Source: an uncultured Caulobacteraceae bacterium (lineage in GTDB: Bacteria; Pseudomonadota; Alphaproteobacteria; Caulobacterales; Caulobacteraceae). Taken from it: a stretch of 64,000 bases of DNA. The stretch is taken from positions 91 through 64,090 of the forward strand of contig CAIXWN010000091.1 of the NCBI GenBank assembly GCA_903923135.1, given 5' to 3'. Position numbers and translations under genes: made by a program. The notes below the pieces were generated by a model. That model searched no databases and was not told the origin of the DNA. It saw only the letters and a list, made by a program, of their open reading frames with translations. This document shows, piece after piece, positions 13,677 to 22,165 of the stretch (position 1 is its first letter; each line of letters starts with the position of its first letter).

Positions 13677-14806
13677 AGTCGCCGATCTGTGATCTGCTGG
13701 GAATCGAATTTCCCCTCGTCGCCTTCAGCCATTGTCGCGATGTGGTGGCTGCGGTCAGCCGGGCGGGCGGGTTCGGCGTCCTGGGGGCCACCGGCCACTC
13801 GCCGGAATCCGTCCGTCGCGAGTTGCGCTGGATCGAGGACCACGCGGACGGCAAGCCCTATGGCATTGACGTGTTGATCCCGGAAAACATGGCCACCGCC
13901 GGCGAAAGCGGAGTCACCTACAACAGCCTGCAGTCGCGCGTGTCGGACCGCCATCGCGATTTTGCCCGCGACCTGCTTCTGAAGGCGGGGGTCACGCTGC
14001 CGCAACAGACCGTCGACGCCGGCCAGCCGCAGCCCTTCGATCCCGAGCGGGCCCTCGAGATTCTCGACGCCGCGTTTGAATTTCCCATTCGTCTGATCGC
14101 CAACGCTCTGGGGGTGCCGCCGCCAGCGATGCTGGAGATGGGCAAACGCCATGGCGTACCGGTGGCCGCGCTGGTCGGCGCCCGCGAGCACGCCATACGC
14201 CAGGTCAATGCCGGCGTGGATATCCTGGTCGCCCAGGGCACCGAGGCCGGCGGACATTGCGGCGAGGTCAGCACAATGGTCCTGATCCCGGAGGTGCTGA
14301 AGGCCATCCGACCGATCCGCGACGTACCCGTGCTGGCTGCGGGCGGCGTCATGAACGGCGCGCAGATGGCCGCCTGCATGGCCATGGGCGCGGCCGGAGT
14401 CTGGACCGGCTCCGTCTGGCTCGCCACGACCGAATCCGAGACCACGGAGATTTTCCGGGAGAAGATGATCGAGGCCGGGTCACGCGATGCGGTTCGGTCG
14501 CGCAGCCGTACTGGCAAGCCGGCCCGCCAGCTCCGGTCGGCCTGGACCGAAGCTTGGGAGCGCGATCCGAGCAGCCCCGGGCCACTGCCCATGCCGCTGC
14601 AGACGCTGGTCAGCGAGAACGCGCTGCATGCCGTTGATCGCGCCGCCGCCGCGGGCAACCAGAGGGCGCGCGAGATGGTGACCTACTTTGTCGGCCAGGG
14701 AGTGGGTCTCATAGACTCGGTGCGCTCGGCCGGTCAGGTGGTTCAGGAATTCAAGTCTGACTTCATCGAGGCGGTTGAACGCCTGGACGGATTGGTGGCG
14801 GAATAG
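13673..14806 (+). CDS. nitronate monooxygenase (NMO / 2-nitropropane dioxygenase) family flavoprotein
   Basis: The sequence VKSPICDLLGIEFPLVAFSH... with GTEAGGH is typical of NMO. The GTG at 13673 overlaps the upstream stop (GTGA). The track ORF starts 48 nt earlier. Confidence 0.8.
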   Translation: MKSPICDLLGIEFPLVAFSHCRDVVAAVSRAGGFGVLGATGHSPESVRRELRWIEDHADGKPYGIDVLIPENMATAGESGVTYNSLQSRVSDRHRDFARDLLLKAGVTLPQQTVDAGQPQPFDPERALEILDAAFEFPIRLIANALGVPPPAMLEMGKRHGVPVAALVGAREHAIRQVNAGVDILVAQGTEAGGHCGEVSTMVLIPEVLKAIRPIRDVPVLAAGGVMNGAQMAACMAMGAAGVWTGSVWLATTESETTEIFREKMIEAGSRDAVRSRSRTGKPARQLRSAWTEAWERDPSSPGPLPMPLQTLVSENALHAVDRAAAAGNQRAREMVTYFVGQGVGLIDSVRSAGQVVQEFKSDFIEAVERLDGLVAE

Positions 14807-14849
14807 GGACGTCCAGCGGGCCACCCGCCGACCGATAACAGGACCCGCC

Positions 14850-15398
14850 ATGGCCGAATCTGACCTCGTCGCCCTCTGGGAAGACCACACGCGTTTCGAG
14901 TTCGAAACCCGCGACGTCGAAGCCACCATGGCCACCATGGTGGACGAACCGTACGTCAATCACATCCCCACCCTCGCCGGAGGGGTGGGGCACGACGAAC
15001 TGAAGCGTTTCTACAAGTATCATTTCATCGGCGGCAATCCGCCGGACACAACCCTGACGCCGGTCAGCCGCACGATCGGGGTCGATCAGATCGTCGACGA
15101 GATGGTCTTCAGTTTCACCCACACCTCGGTGATCGACTGGATGCTCCCGGGGGTTGCGCCGACCGGCCGGGCGGTCCAGGTCGCCCTGGTGGCGATCGTG
15201 AGATTCCGGGATGGCAAGGTCGCCCACGAACACATCTACTGGGACCAGGCGTCGGTCCTGGTGCAGGTCGGCCTGCTCGATCCGGGGGTGTTGCCGGTCG
15301 CGGGCGTCGAGACCGCCCGCAAGGTCGTCGACAAGACCCTGCCCAGCAATGTGATGATGCGGGCCGCCTGGAGGACGAGCGAGGGCCGGCCGATCTGA
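14850..15398 (+). CDS. SnoaL-like / NTF2-fold protein
   Basis: An internal ATG (MAESDLVALWEDHTRFEFETRD) was chosen. The region WEDH..FE...D...TM.TM...PYVNHIPT fits the ester-cyclase/NTF2-like family. Confidence 0.65.
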   Translation: MAESDLVALWEDHTRFEFETRDVEATMATMVDEPYVNHIPTLAGGVGHDELKRFYKYHFIGGNPPDTTLTPVSRTIGVDQIVDEMVFSFTHTSVIDWMLPGVAPTGRAVQVALVAIVRFRDGKVAHEHIYWDQASVLVQVGLLDPGVLPVAGVETARKVVDKTLPSNVMMRAAWRTSEGRPI

Positions 15399-15500
15399 GA
15401 CCGGAGCGCCCATCGGCCCGTTCAAGCCCCGTTCAGCTGCGATCCGGCATCTAAACGCGGTCGCCAGGGAACGGCGGGGCCGTCGAAGGGTTCTTTGTCC

Positions 15501-17045
15501 ATGAAATCGCAATCCCAAAGTGCGCTTGGCGCGCTGATGCTCACCACGGCGCTTGCCGGCTTCACCCTAGCGGCCTGTAACAAGGCTCCTGCGCCTGCGC
15601 AGCCGCCGGTCGCCGCGACCGTCAACACGCCGTTGCCACTTGACCCGAACGCGCCGGTTTCGGCCCCGGTCTATGCGCCTGCGGCCGCGGCTCTCCCGAG
15701 CGCGCCGCCCGCCACCATGGCGGCGCCGCGGTCTAGACAGGCGCACTATGACTATGTGAACCGGGCGGCGGGGCTCAACAGCGGCTTTGCCGACAGTCCG
15801 CCGGACTACGCCGTGGACTATCAGGGCGGTCGACCGTGGATATGGCGCGCGCAGAACGGCGCCTATCGGGTGGTCGAATCGACTCCGGAAGGCGAGCGCT
15901 ACTACTACTATGAGGCCGGCGCCGATGAGCCGTTCCTGGTTCGCGACCCGCGGTACACCTACGGCTACGACCACGGTCAGCTGGCCGTGGTCTATGACTC
16001 CTACGGACGTCCGCTGCCGGATGGGGCCGAGGAAGGGCAGGCTATGCTCGCCGGGCGCTATCTGGCGCGGGCCCGGGCCCTCTACGCTGCCGCTAAGCAG
16101 CAGCAGCGCCAGTCCGCCTACGCCTCCGACTGGCAGGCGCGGCAGGCGGCTCTGGCCCAGCAGCGCCAGGTCTGGGAGCGCCAGCAGCAGCAGAACGCCG
16201 ACTGGCGCGCCTGGGGCGATCAGCACGGCGCCGATGACGCGGCCTGGCGTCGCGAGGCCGACACCCGGCGTGGCGGAGCGGTCTCCAACCCGCCGGCCTA
16301 CGGTCAGCCGGCCCAGCCGCGCGGCCCGGACCGCGGGTCCGACCCGCGGCAGGCCGATCTTCTTTCCAGACCCATGCCTCCCGCTCCGGCGGCCTCGTCG
16401 CCGAGCCCGCCGCCGCGAGTCGACCCCGTGCTTCAGGCGCGCGCCATGCAGGCTCAGGCCGAGGCTTCGCGTCAGGCCCAACAGGCGGCCCAGGCCCGCC
16501 AGGTCGAGGATGCGCGGCGACAGCAGGCCCAGGCCGACGCCGCGCGTCAGGCTCAACTGGCCGTTCAGGCCCGCCAGGTCGAGGATGCGCGGCGACTGCA
16601 GGCCCAGGCCGACGCCGCCCGTCAGGCTCAACAGACCGTTCAGGCCCGCAGGATCGAGGACGCCCGCCGCCAGCAGGCCCAGGCCGACGCCGCGCGCCAG
16701 GCGCAAATCGCCCAGCAGGTCAGACAGGTAGAGCAGGCGCGACGCCAGCAGGCCCAGGCTGACGCGGTCCATCAGGCGCAGGCGGCCCAGCAGGCCGCGA
16801 ACCAGGCCGCCCGCCAGCGCCAACTGCAGGCCCAGGCCGACTTCCAGCGCAACCGCCAGGCTCTGGCCCAGGCGGCGCATCAACAGCAGGTCGACGCACA
16901 GGCGAAAACTCGCGCTGCGGCGCCGGAGACCGGGGCAAGACCTGCGCCTGCGCCGGTCGGGGCCCCTGCGGAGCACCCCGTGCGCGGGCCTGCTGACCAC
17001 CGCGATCGCAACGCGCCTAGGAATGCGGTGACTCCGCAGCCCTGA
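15501..17045 (+). CDS. lipoprotein with a Gln/Ala/Arg-rich repetitive helical region and a Pro-rich tail
   Basis: Signal peptide plus lipobox MKSQSQSALGALMLTTALAGFTLAAC. A Tyr-rich N-domain of about 200 aa is followed by repeats of the QAQADAARQAQ..QARQVEDARRQ type. Confidence 0.75.
   Translation: MKSQSQSALGALMLTTALAGFTLAACNKAPAPAQPPVAATVNTPLPLDPNAPVSAPVYAPAAAALPSAPPATMAAPRSRQAHYDYVNRAAGLNSGFADSPPDYAVDYQGGRPWIWRAQNGAYRVVESTPEGERYYYYEAGADEPFLVRDPRYTYGYDHGQLAVVYDSYGRPLPDGAEEGQAMLAGRYLARARALYAAAKQQQRQSAYASDWQARQAALAQQRQVWERQQQQNADWRAWGDQHGADDAAWRREADTRRGGAVSNPPAYGQPAQPRGPDRGSDPRQADLLSRPMPPAPAASSPSPPPRVDPVLQARAMQAQAEASRQAQQAAQARQVEDARRQQAQADAARQAQLAVQARQVEDARRLQAQADAARQAQQTVQARRIEDARRQQAQADAARQAQIAQQVRQVEQARRQQAQADAVHQAQAAQQAANQAARQRQLQAQADFQRNRQALAQAAHQQQVDAQAKTRAAAPETGARPAPAPVGAPAEHPVRGPADHRDRNAPRNAVTPQP
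16449..16841 (+). repeat. in-frame tandem repeat, 75-nt (25-aa) unit, about 5 copies
   Basis: Units opening with CAGGC(C/T)CAGGC(C/T)GA start at 16449, 16524, 16599, 16674 and 16749, an exact 75-nt spacing. A further unit starts at 16827. Confidence 0.85.
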
Positions 17046-17056
17046 GCCGCGAGGCG

Positions 17057-18229
17057 TCAGGTCTTCGCTTCGATCCGACCCTCGGCCAGCACATAGGCTA
17101 CATGAGCGTCGTCGAAGATCGGGGTCAGCCGCACTCTGAGGATGGTGGCTTCCAGGGTGCGCATCAGGTGTACGGAAACCTCGGACGGGAAGCCGCGCCC
17201 CGCGGCCTCCACGGCAAGGCGAAGGCGTTCTGCCTCGGCGTCGGCGGTGTGGACGTCCACATCCAGCCAGGTCGCCTCCCACAGCCGGACCCCCTTCAGC
17301 GGGCCGTCCTCCGCGGCGAGGGCGGCGCCGGCGCTGTTGATTTCAAGAACCTGACCGTCCGGCGAGAGCAGGGCGATTGCCGTGTGGGCGTGATCGAAAA
17401 CCGCACGGATGCGGCGTTCGTGCTCTCTCGCCCGGTCGCGCTCATGGTTGCGCTGGGTGACATCGCGCAGATGCGCGGTGAACGTCAGGGCGCCGCCGGC
17501 CATCACCTTGGTTATCGTCGCCTCCAGGGTGAACGTCTCTCCGGAGCGGCGCTGGCCGATCACCGCTTGGCGTTCGCTCATCATCCGTGACGGCTGTTTG
17601 GAGGCTGCGAATTCGGCCACATGACCCTCATGGGCGTTGCGGGCCCAGGGTGGGATAAGCATCGACAGAGGTTTTCCGAACACCTCCTCGGCGCGGTAAC
17701 CGAACATGCGCTCGGCGGCGAGATTGAAGTCCTGGATTGCCTCCTGGGCGTCCACGGAGACAATCGCATCCTCCGCCACCATAAGAATCCGCGCCGCGCG
17801 AAGGTTGGCGTCCTTCAGCGCGGCCTGCTCCTGGCGGCGGGCGGTGTTGTCGCGCACGGTGATGAAGAACCGCCGCTCCGAGCCGATCCGGCCCTCACGC
17901 ACGCGCACGTCCACGGACATCTGCCGCCCGTCCCGTCGCTGGGCGATTAGGTCCAGGAAGCGCGATTGCTCGAAGTCCGGTTCGGCCGCCCACCGGCTCA
18001 GCCACTTCACCGGGTCGGCCCGCCGGTCGGATTGCTGAGGGACCAGCATGGTTATCGACTGGCCAGCCACCTCGGTCGCGGCATAGCCGAGCAGCGTCGT
18101 CACGGCCGCGTTGACGAACACGATCTGTCCGTCGGGCGCCGTGACGATCACCGCCTCGGGCAGTCCGTCCAGCACGGTGGCGAAGAATCCTTCGCCACCG
18201 TCAACGGCAATCGATCCAGATGCGGTCAT
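17057..18229 (-). CDS. PAS-domain-only protein (about 3 PAS/PAC modules, no recognisable output domain)
   Basis: 390 aa. PAS-like segments recur (LDGLPEAVIVTAPDGQIVFVN.., AEDAIVSVDAQEAIQDFN.., FDHAHTAIALLSPDGQVLEIN). The ATG overlaps the upstream stop (ATGA at 18226-18229). Confidence 0.75.
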   Translation of the reverse strand: MTASGSIAVDGGEGFFATVLDGLPEAVIVTAPDGQIVFVNAAVTTLLGYAATEVAGQSITMLVPQQSDRRADPVKWLSRWAAEPDFEQSRFLDLIAQRRDGRQMSVDVRVREGRIGSERRFFITVRDNTARRQEQAALKDANLRAARILMVAEDAIVSVDAQEAIQDFNLAAERMFGYRAEEVFGKPLSMLIPPWARNAHEGHVAEFAASKQPSRMMSERQAVIGQRRSGETFTLEATITKVMAGGALTFTAHLRDVTQRNHERDRAREHERRIRAVFDHAHTAIALLSPDGQVLEINSAGAALAAEDGPLKGVRLWEATWLDVDVHTADAEAERLRLAVEAAGRGFPSEVSVHLMRTLEATILRVRLTPIFDDAHVAYVLAEGRIEAKT

Positions 18230-19317
18230 GCGGCGACGGGATGTCCGCCTTCCATGGCCTCAAGTACGCGGGGGTCGTCGAAGATCGGAATTCCCGCGTC
18301 CAGATATTTCTTCTGGGCGGTGGGCGTCAGCAGCCCCACCCGGGCCAAGGCGGGCATCATCAGATCCTTCAGCGAATGAATCTGCCCGGGGGGCAGTTCC
18401 TGGGTGATCCCGGAGGCTTCGGCCTCCTCGATGCCCTTGAAGAAGTCCTCATGCTCGATTCCACTGTTGTCGAGCACCTGCAGGAATCCGGGGTCGACGC
18501 GGCTGGCCAGAGTTCCGCCGGTGCCACCATGAACCAGGATGTTCACCGCCTGGAAGGCGAAGTCGGCCAGATCCTCGACCTCGTCCTCCGGCAGCCGGCC
18601 GATGACCGGGCCGAGATAGGCGTGGCCGAAGGACACGTGCCGGGATTCATCGCGCATGACGTTGAAGGTGAGCTTCTTCAGCAGTTCGCACTGGGTTGTC
18701 CGGTACATATTGTTGAAGGCGCCCAGGGCCAGACCCTCGACGATCATGTTCATGCCGATCATCACCTTCTCATAGCGATCCGATTTCAGGGTCGCGTCGA
18801 TCAGGGCCTTCAGCCAGAGCGACATTGGATAGACGATGGCGATCTTGTCGCAGTAGCGGGCGTAGACCTCCACGTGGCGGGCCTCGTCCATGGTCTGGGT
18901 GGCGGCGTAGAGCTTGGCCGTGGCGTCGGGGACGGAGTGGGTGACACAGGCGGCGGTCATCAGGGCTCCCTGTTCGCCGTGCAGGAACTGCGACAGCAAC
19001 TGGGCAGTCGAGTGGGCGGTGAAGGTCTCGCGCTGCGACTTCGACAGCTTCTGGAAGAAGGGCATGCGGTGATAGATGTCCGACCGGTCGTTGATCAGCG
19101 GCTTGGACGGATCTACCTGGGTGTCCCAGGGTAGAATCTCGTCGGAATCCCACTGGTTCTGCTTGGCCCGCTTGTAGAGGTCTTCGACCTTGTCGGCGGA
19201 CATGATGTATTTGAACGACCAGGCGATGTTCATGGGGTTCTTGTAGAAATCGTCCGGATTCATCGTCACCTTCCAGGCGGGCCGGTCGGCGGCGTCGGTT
19301 TTCTCAATAGCAGCCAT
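18226..19317 (-). CDS. ferritin-like di-iron carboxylate oxygenase-like protein (AurF/R2-like superfamily)
   Basis: 363 aa. Putative di-iron ligand pattern: E in HGEQGA, DEARH, E in VEGLA, and DESRH (E...ExxH twice). An SD (AAGGGAGA) lies upstream. Confidence 0.65.
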   Translation of the reverse strand: MAAIEKTDAADRPAWKVTMNPDDFYKNPMNIAWSFKYIMSADKVEDLYKRAKQNQWDSDEILPWDTQVDPSKPLINDRSDIYHRMPFFQKLSKSQRETFTAHSTAQLLSQFLHGEQGALMTAACVTHSVPDATAKLYAATQTMDEARHVEVYARYCDKIAIVYPMSLWLKALIDATLKSDRYEKVMIGMNMIVEGLALGAFNNMYRTTQCELLKKLTFNVMRDESRHVSFGHAYLGPVIGRLPEDEVEDLADFAFQAVNILVHGGTGGTLASRVDPGFLQVLDNSGIEHEDFFKGIEEAEASGITQELPPGQIHSLKDLMMPALARVGLLTPTAQKKYLDAGIPIFDDPRVLEAMEGGHPVAA

Positions 19318-19338
19318 TTTCGTTCTCCCTTGAGGATT

Positions 19339-19659
19339 TTAGTATTGACGCGATGGAATTTTGATAATCAGGCCATCAAGACTTTCATCAATCTTGATTT
19401 GGCAACCCAGCCGACTGTTGGGCTGAACGTCGAAAGCGAAGTCGAGCATTTCGTGCTCAAGTTCTTCCATGGGCGGGAGCTTTTCGAACCAGTCGCCCTC
19501 GACATACACATGGCAGGTCGCGCAGGCGCAGGCGCCTCCGCAGTCCCCATCGATCCCGGGCACGGTGTAGCGTTTGGCGCCTTCCATGACCGACCTGCCC
19601 GGGGCCACGTCCACGTGGTGTTCGGCGCCTCCGGACTCGATATAGGTGACCTTCGCCAT
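19339..19659 (-). CDS. adrenodoxin-type [2Fe-2S] ferredoxin
   Basis: MAKVTYIESGG... with cluster motif CGGACACATCH and a later GCQ. The internal ATG is preceded by GGAAGGAG. The Arg-rich 20-aa extension of the track ORF was rejected. Confidence 0.85.
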   Translation of the reverse strand: MAKVTYIESGGAEHHVDVAPGRSVMEGAKRYTVPGIDGDCGGACACATCHVYVEGDWFEKLPPMEELEHEMLDFAFDVQPNSRLGCQIKIDESLDGLIIKIPSRQY

Positions 19660-19784
19660 TCGTCTCCTTCCCACCCCGATCCCGGCAATCCGACGCCGCC
19701 GTCGACGCGGAGTCTTCATCCGGGTTGGGCTTCAGGCCCTGGGGACGTCTGAGCACAACCATAAGGGTGACGCCGGCGTCATCT

Positions 19785-19798
19785 TTGATCTGGGTCAA
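19785..19798. promoter_or_regulatory. FNR/FixK-type box TTGATCTGGGTCAA (TTGA-N6-TCAA)
   Basis: Perfect TTGA-N6-TCAA half-sites. The box is centred about 132 nt upstream of the ferredoxin start codon on the minus strand. Confidence 0.5.
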
Positions 19799-20055
19799 GA
19801 TCGCGGAATTCAGCGGCGGACGCCCCAGTCGGGCGGGGGTCGACGAGGCGTGTCCTCCGGGCCGCGCGGCGAATCTGGCGTGCTGGAGCGCGCTGTCCGG
19901 ACAAGGTTTGGCAGGAGCTGGGCGGGCCGGAACGGCGGGCCGTGCAAGGGTGACCTGGTGAGGCGCGGCGCCGCCGGAAGCGCGGCCGCCGCAGCGTAGT
20001 CAGGCTCAAAACCTGAAGGATAACCGAGGAGTAGTGGATTTGTCGGCGGATCGAA

Positions 20056-20316
20056 TCAGGCCGTGAGCCGCCGCCGCGACGGCGCCAGGACGACCGTCGC
20101 GACGATCGTTCCGCCCAGCGCCAGCCCCAAGGCGGCGTGGCAGGACGGGCAGTGAAGGGCGAGCATTCCGCCGTGGCGGCAGATCGGGCCGAGGGCTTCG
20201 GCCGCCCATATCCCTTTCATCAACTGGACATACCAGAGCGTGCCCGTGACGACGCTCGCCAGGGCGAGAGCCAGGGCGCCTGAATTGACCATTTCGGGCC
20301 GGCTGGTTAGCGTCAT
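20056..20316 (-). CDS. hypothetical small membrane protein with Cys-x9-Cys-x2-Cys-His
   Basis: 86-aa ORF with high third-position GC and two or three hydrophobic segments. Contains CRHGGMLALHCPSCH. The RBS is weak and I recognise no family. Confidence 0.35.
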   Translation of the reverse strand: MTLTSRPEMVNSGALALALASVVTGTLWYVQLMKGIWAAEALGPICRHGGMLALHCPSCHAALGLALGGTIVATVVLAPSRRRLTA

Positions 20317-20396
20317 GACGAAATCCAGGTCCAGTTTTGCAGGCGCGAAAGCCGGCGCCGCAGACTGTCCCTATGACGCGTGGGTTTTTTTCGTCG

Positions 20397-20410
20397 TTGA
20401 TCCACGTCAA
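20397..20410. promoter_or_regulatory. FNR/FixK-type box TTGATCCACGTCAA upstream of ccoN
   Basis: Perfect TTGA-N6-TCAA. The box lies inside the longest ccoN ORF but 65-77 nt upstream of in-frame TTG codons at 20475 and 20487. This is the classical position for a cbb3 oxidase promoter. Confidence 0.6.
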
Positions 20411-20474
20411 TGCCGCGCCGCGGCAAACGCGCGACCAGCCCGCCACGACTCCAGTGCGGAGCCGCCCATCAGAT

Positions 20475-22160
20475 TTGGGGGATCCCTTGTCATCTTCGCC
20501 ATCATCGGGAAGCGCCCGGACCATCGTCGACACCGGAGGCGCGCCGATTCTGCTCATCGTCGCCGTCCTCGGCGCGTTGCTGTTCACGGCCGCCACCGCC
20601 CTGTCGCAGGACCCGCTGTTCCAGTTCCAGGGCGCCATCTTCATCATCGGCTTCCTCGGTGGCGCGGCTGCGCTCACCTGGGGCCTGTCCGCCGGTCGCT
20701 TCAAACAGGACGCGAGCCGCTATACCGATGGAGTCATCAAGGCGGGGGTCATCGCCACCATGTTCTGGGGCGCCGCCGGCATGCTTGTGGGCTGCATCAT
20801 CGCCGCCCAGCTGACGTGGCCGACCATCTTCTACTTCCCGGACTACGGCTTCCTCAATTTCGGCCGGATCCGGCCGTTGCACACCTCGGCGGTGATCTTC
20901 GCCTTCGGGGGCAACGCGCTGATCGCCACCTCCTTCTGGGTCGTCCAGCGCACATGCAAAGCCAAGCTCTTCGGCGGCATGACCGCCTGGTTCGTCTTCT
21001 GGGGCTACCAGCTCTTCATCCTTCTGGCGGGCCTGGGCTACCTGATGGGCATCACACAGGGCCAGGAATACGCCGAACCGGAATGGCTGACCGATCTGTG
21101 GCTGACCATCGTCTGGGTGGCGTATCTGGTGGTCTTCCTGGGGACGATCTGGAAGCGCAAGGAGCCGCACATCTATGTGGCCAACTGGTTCTATCTCGCC
21201 TTCATCGTCACCATCGCCATCCTTCACATCTTCAACAACCTCGCCGTTCCAGTCTCGCTGCTCAATCACCGCAGCTATGAGGTGTGGTCGGGCGTTCAGA
21301 GCGCCATGGTGCAATGGTGGTATGGCCACAACGCCGTGGGCTTCCTGCTGACCGCCGGATTCCTGGCGATGATGTACTACTTCATTCCCAAGCGGGCCGA
21401 ACGGCCGATCTACAGCTACCGGCTGTCGATCGTGCACTTCTGGGCGCTGATCTTCATATATATCTGGGCCGGCCCGCACCACCTGCACTACACCGCCCTT
21501 CCGCAATGGACGCAGACCTTAGGCATGACCTTCTCGATCATGCTGTGGATGCCGTCCTGGGGCGGCATGATCAACGGCCTGATGACCCTGTCGGGGGCGT
21601 GGGACAAGCTGCGCACCGATCCGGTGATCCGCATGTTCGTGGCCTCGCTGGCCTTCTACGGCATGTCGACATTCGAGGGCCCGGTGATGTCGATCCGGGC
21701 TGTGAACGCCCTCAGCCACTACACCGACTGGGGCATCGGCCACGTTCACTCTGGCGCCCTCGGCTGGGTCGGCTTCGTCACCTTCGGATCGATGTATTGC
21801 CTCGTGCCTTGGCTGTGGAAAAAGGATGGCCTGTATTCCAACAAACTTGTCGAGTGGCACTTCTGGATCGCCACCACCGGCATCCTTCTCTACATCACGG
21901 CCATGTGGGTTTCCGGGATCATGGAAGGCCTCATGTGGCGCGCCTATACGCCTCAGGGCTTCCTCGCCTACAGCTTCATCGAAACCGTGGCCGCCAAACA
22001 TGTTGAGTTCATGGTCCGGTTGCTCGGCGGGCTGATGTACCTCAGCGGCGTGATCATCATGATCTACAACCTGGTTCGGACCCTGGGCCTGCCCAGCTCC
22101 GAACGCGCCAATCACCCGGCCGTCGCGCTTCCCGCGGGCCTCGCCTTCGCCGGGGAGTAG
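20475..22160 (+). CDS. ccoN: cbb3-type cytochrome c oxidase subunit I
   Basis: Heme-copper oxidase subunit I features (multi-[20 protein letters not shown]). The start was trimmed from the track ORF (20337) to the TTG at 20475 because the FNR box lies upstream of it. The start remains uncertain, with 20487 as an alternative. Confidence 0.9.
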   Translation: MGDPLSSSPSSGSARTIVDTGGAPILLIVAVLGALLFTAATALSQDPLFQFQGAIFIIGFLGGAAALTWGLSAGRFKQDASRYTDGVIKAGVIATMFWGAAGMLVGCIIAAQLTWPTIFYFPDYGFLNFGRIRPLHTSAVIFAFGGNALIATSFWVVQRTCKAKLFGGMTAWFVFWGYQLFILLAGLGYLMGITQGQEYAEPEWLTDLWLTIVWVAYLVVFLGTIWKRKEPHIYVANWFYLAFIVTIAILHIFNNLAVPVSLLNHRSYEVWSGVQSAMVQWWYGHNAVGFLLTAGFLAMMYYFIPKRAERPIYSYRLSIVHFWALIFIYIWAGPHHLHYTALPQWTQTLGMTFSIMLWMPSWGGMINGLMTLSGAWDKLRTDPVIRMFVASLAFYGMSTFEGPVMSIRAVNALSHYTDWGIGHVHSGALGWVGFVTFGSMYCLVPWLWKKDGLYSNKLVEWHFWIATTGILLYITAMWVSGIMEGLMWRAYTPQGFLAYSFIETVAAKHVEFMVRLLGGLMYLSGVIIMIYNLVRTLGLPSSERANHPAVALPAGLAFAGE

Positions 22161-22165
22161 GAACC

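Noticed and set aside
19660-19719. A 20-aa Arg-rich N-terminal extension of the ferredoxin ORF (MKTPRRRRRRIAGIGVGRRR).
   Set aside because: A strong GGAAGGAG Shine-Dalgarno immediately precedes the internal ATG at 19659. Ferredoxins of this type begin at the MxKVT(Y/F) beta-strand.
19646-20055. Several 70-117-aa ORFs on both strands between the ferredoxin gene and the small membrane ORF.
   Set aside because: They are Arg/Gly/Pro-rich, mutually overlapping and lack an RBS. The region is better explained as the regulatory spacer containing the left FNR/FixK box.
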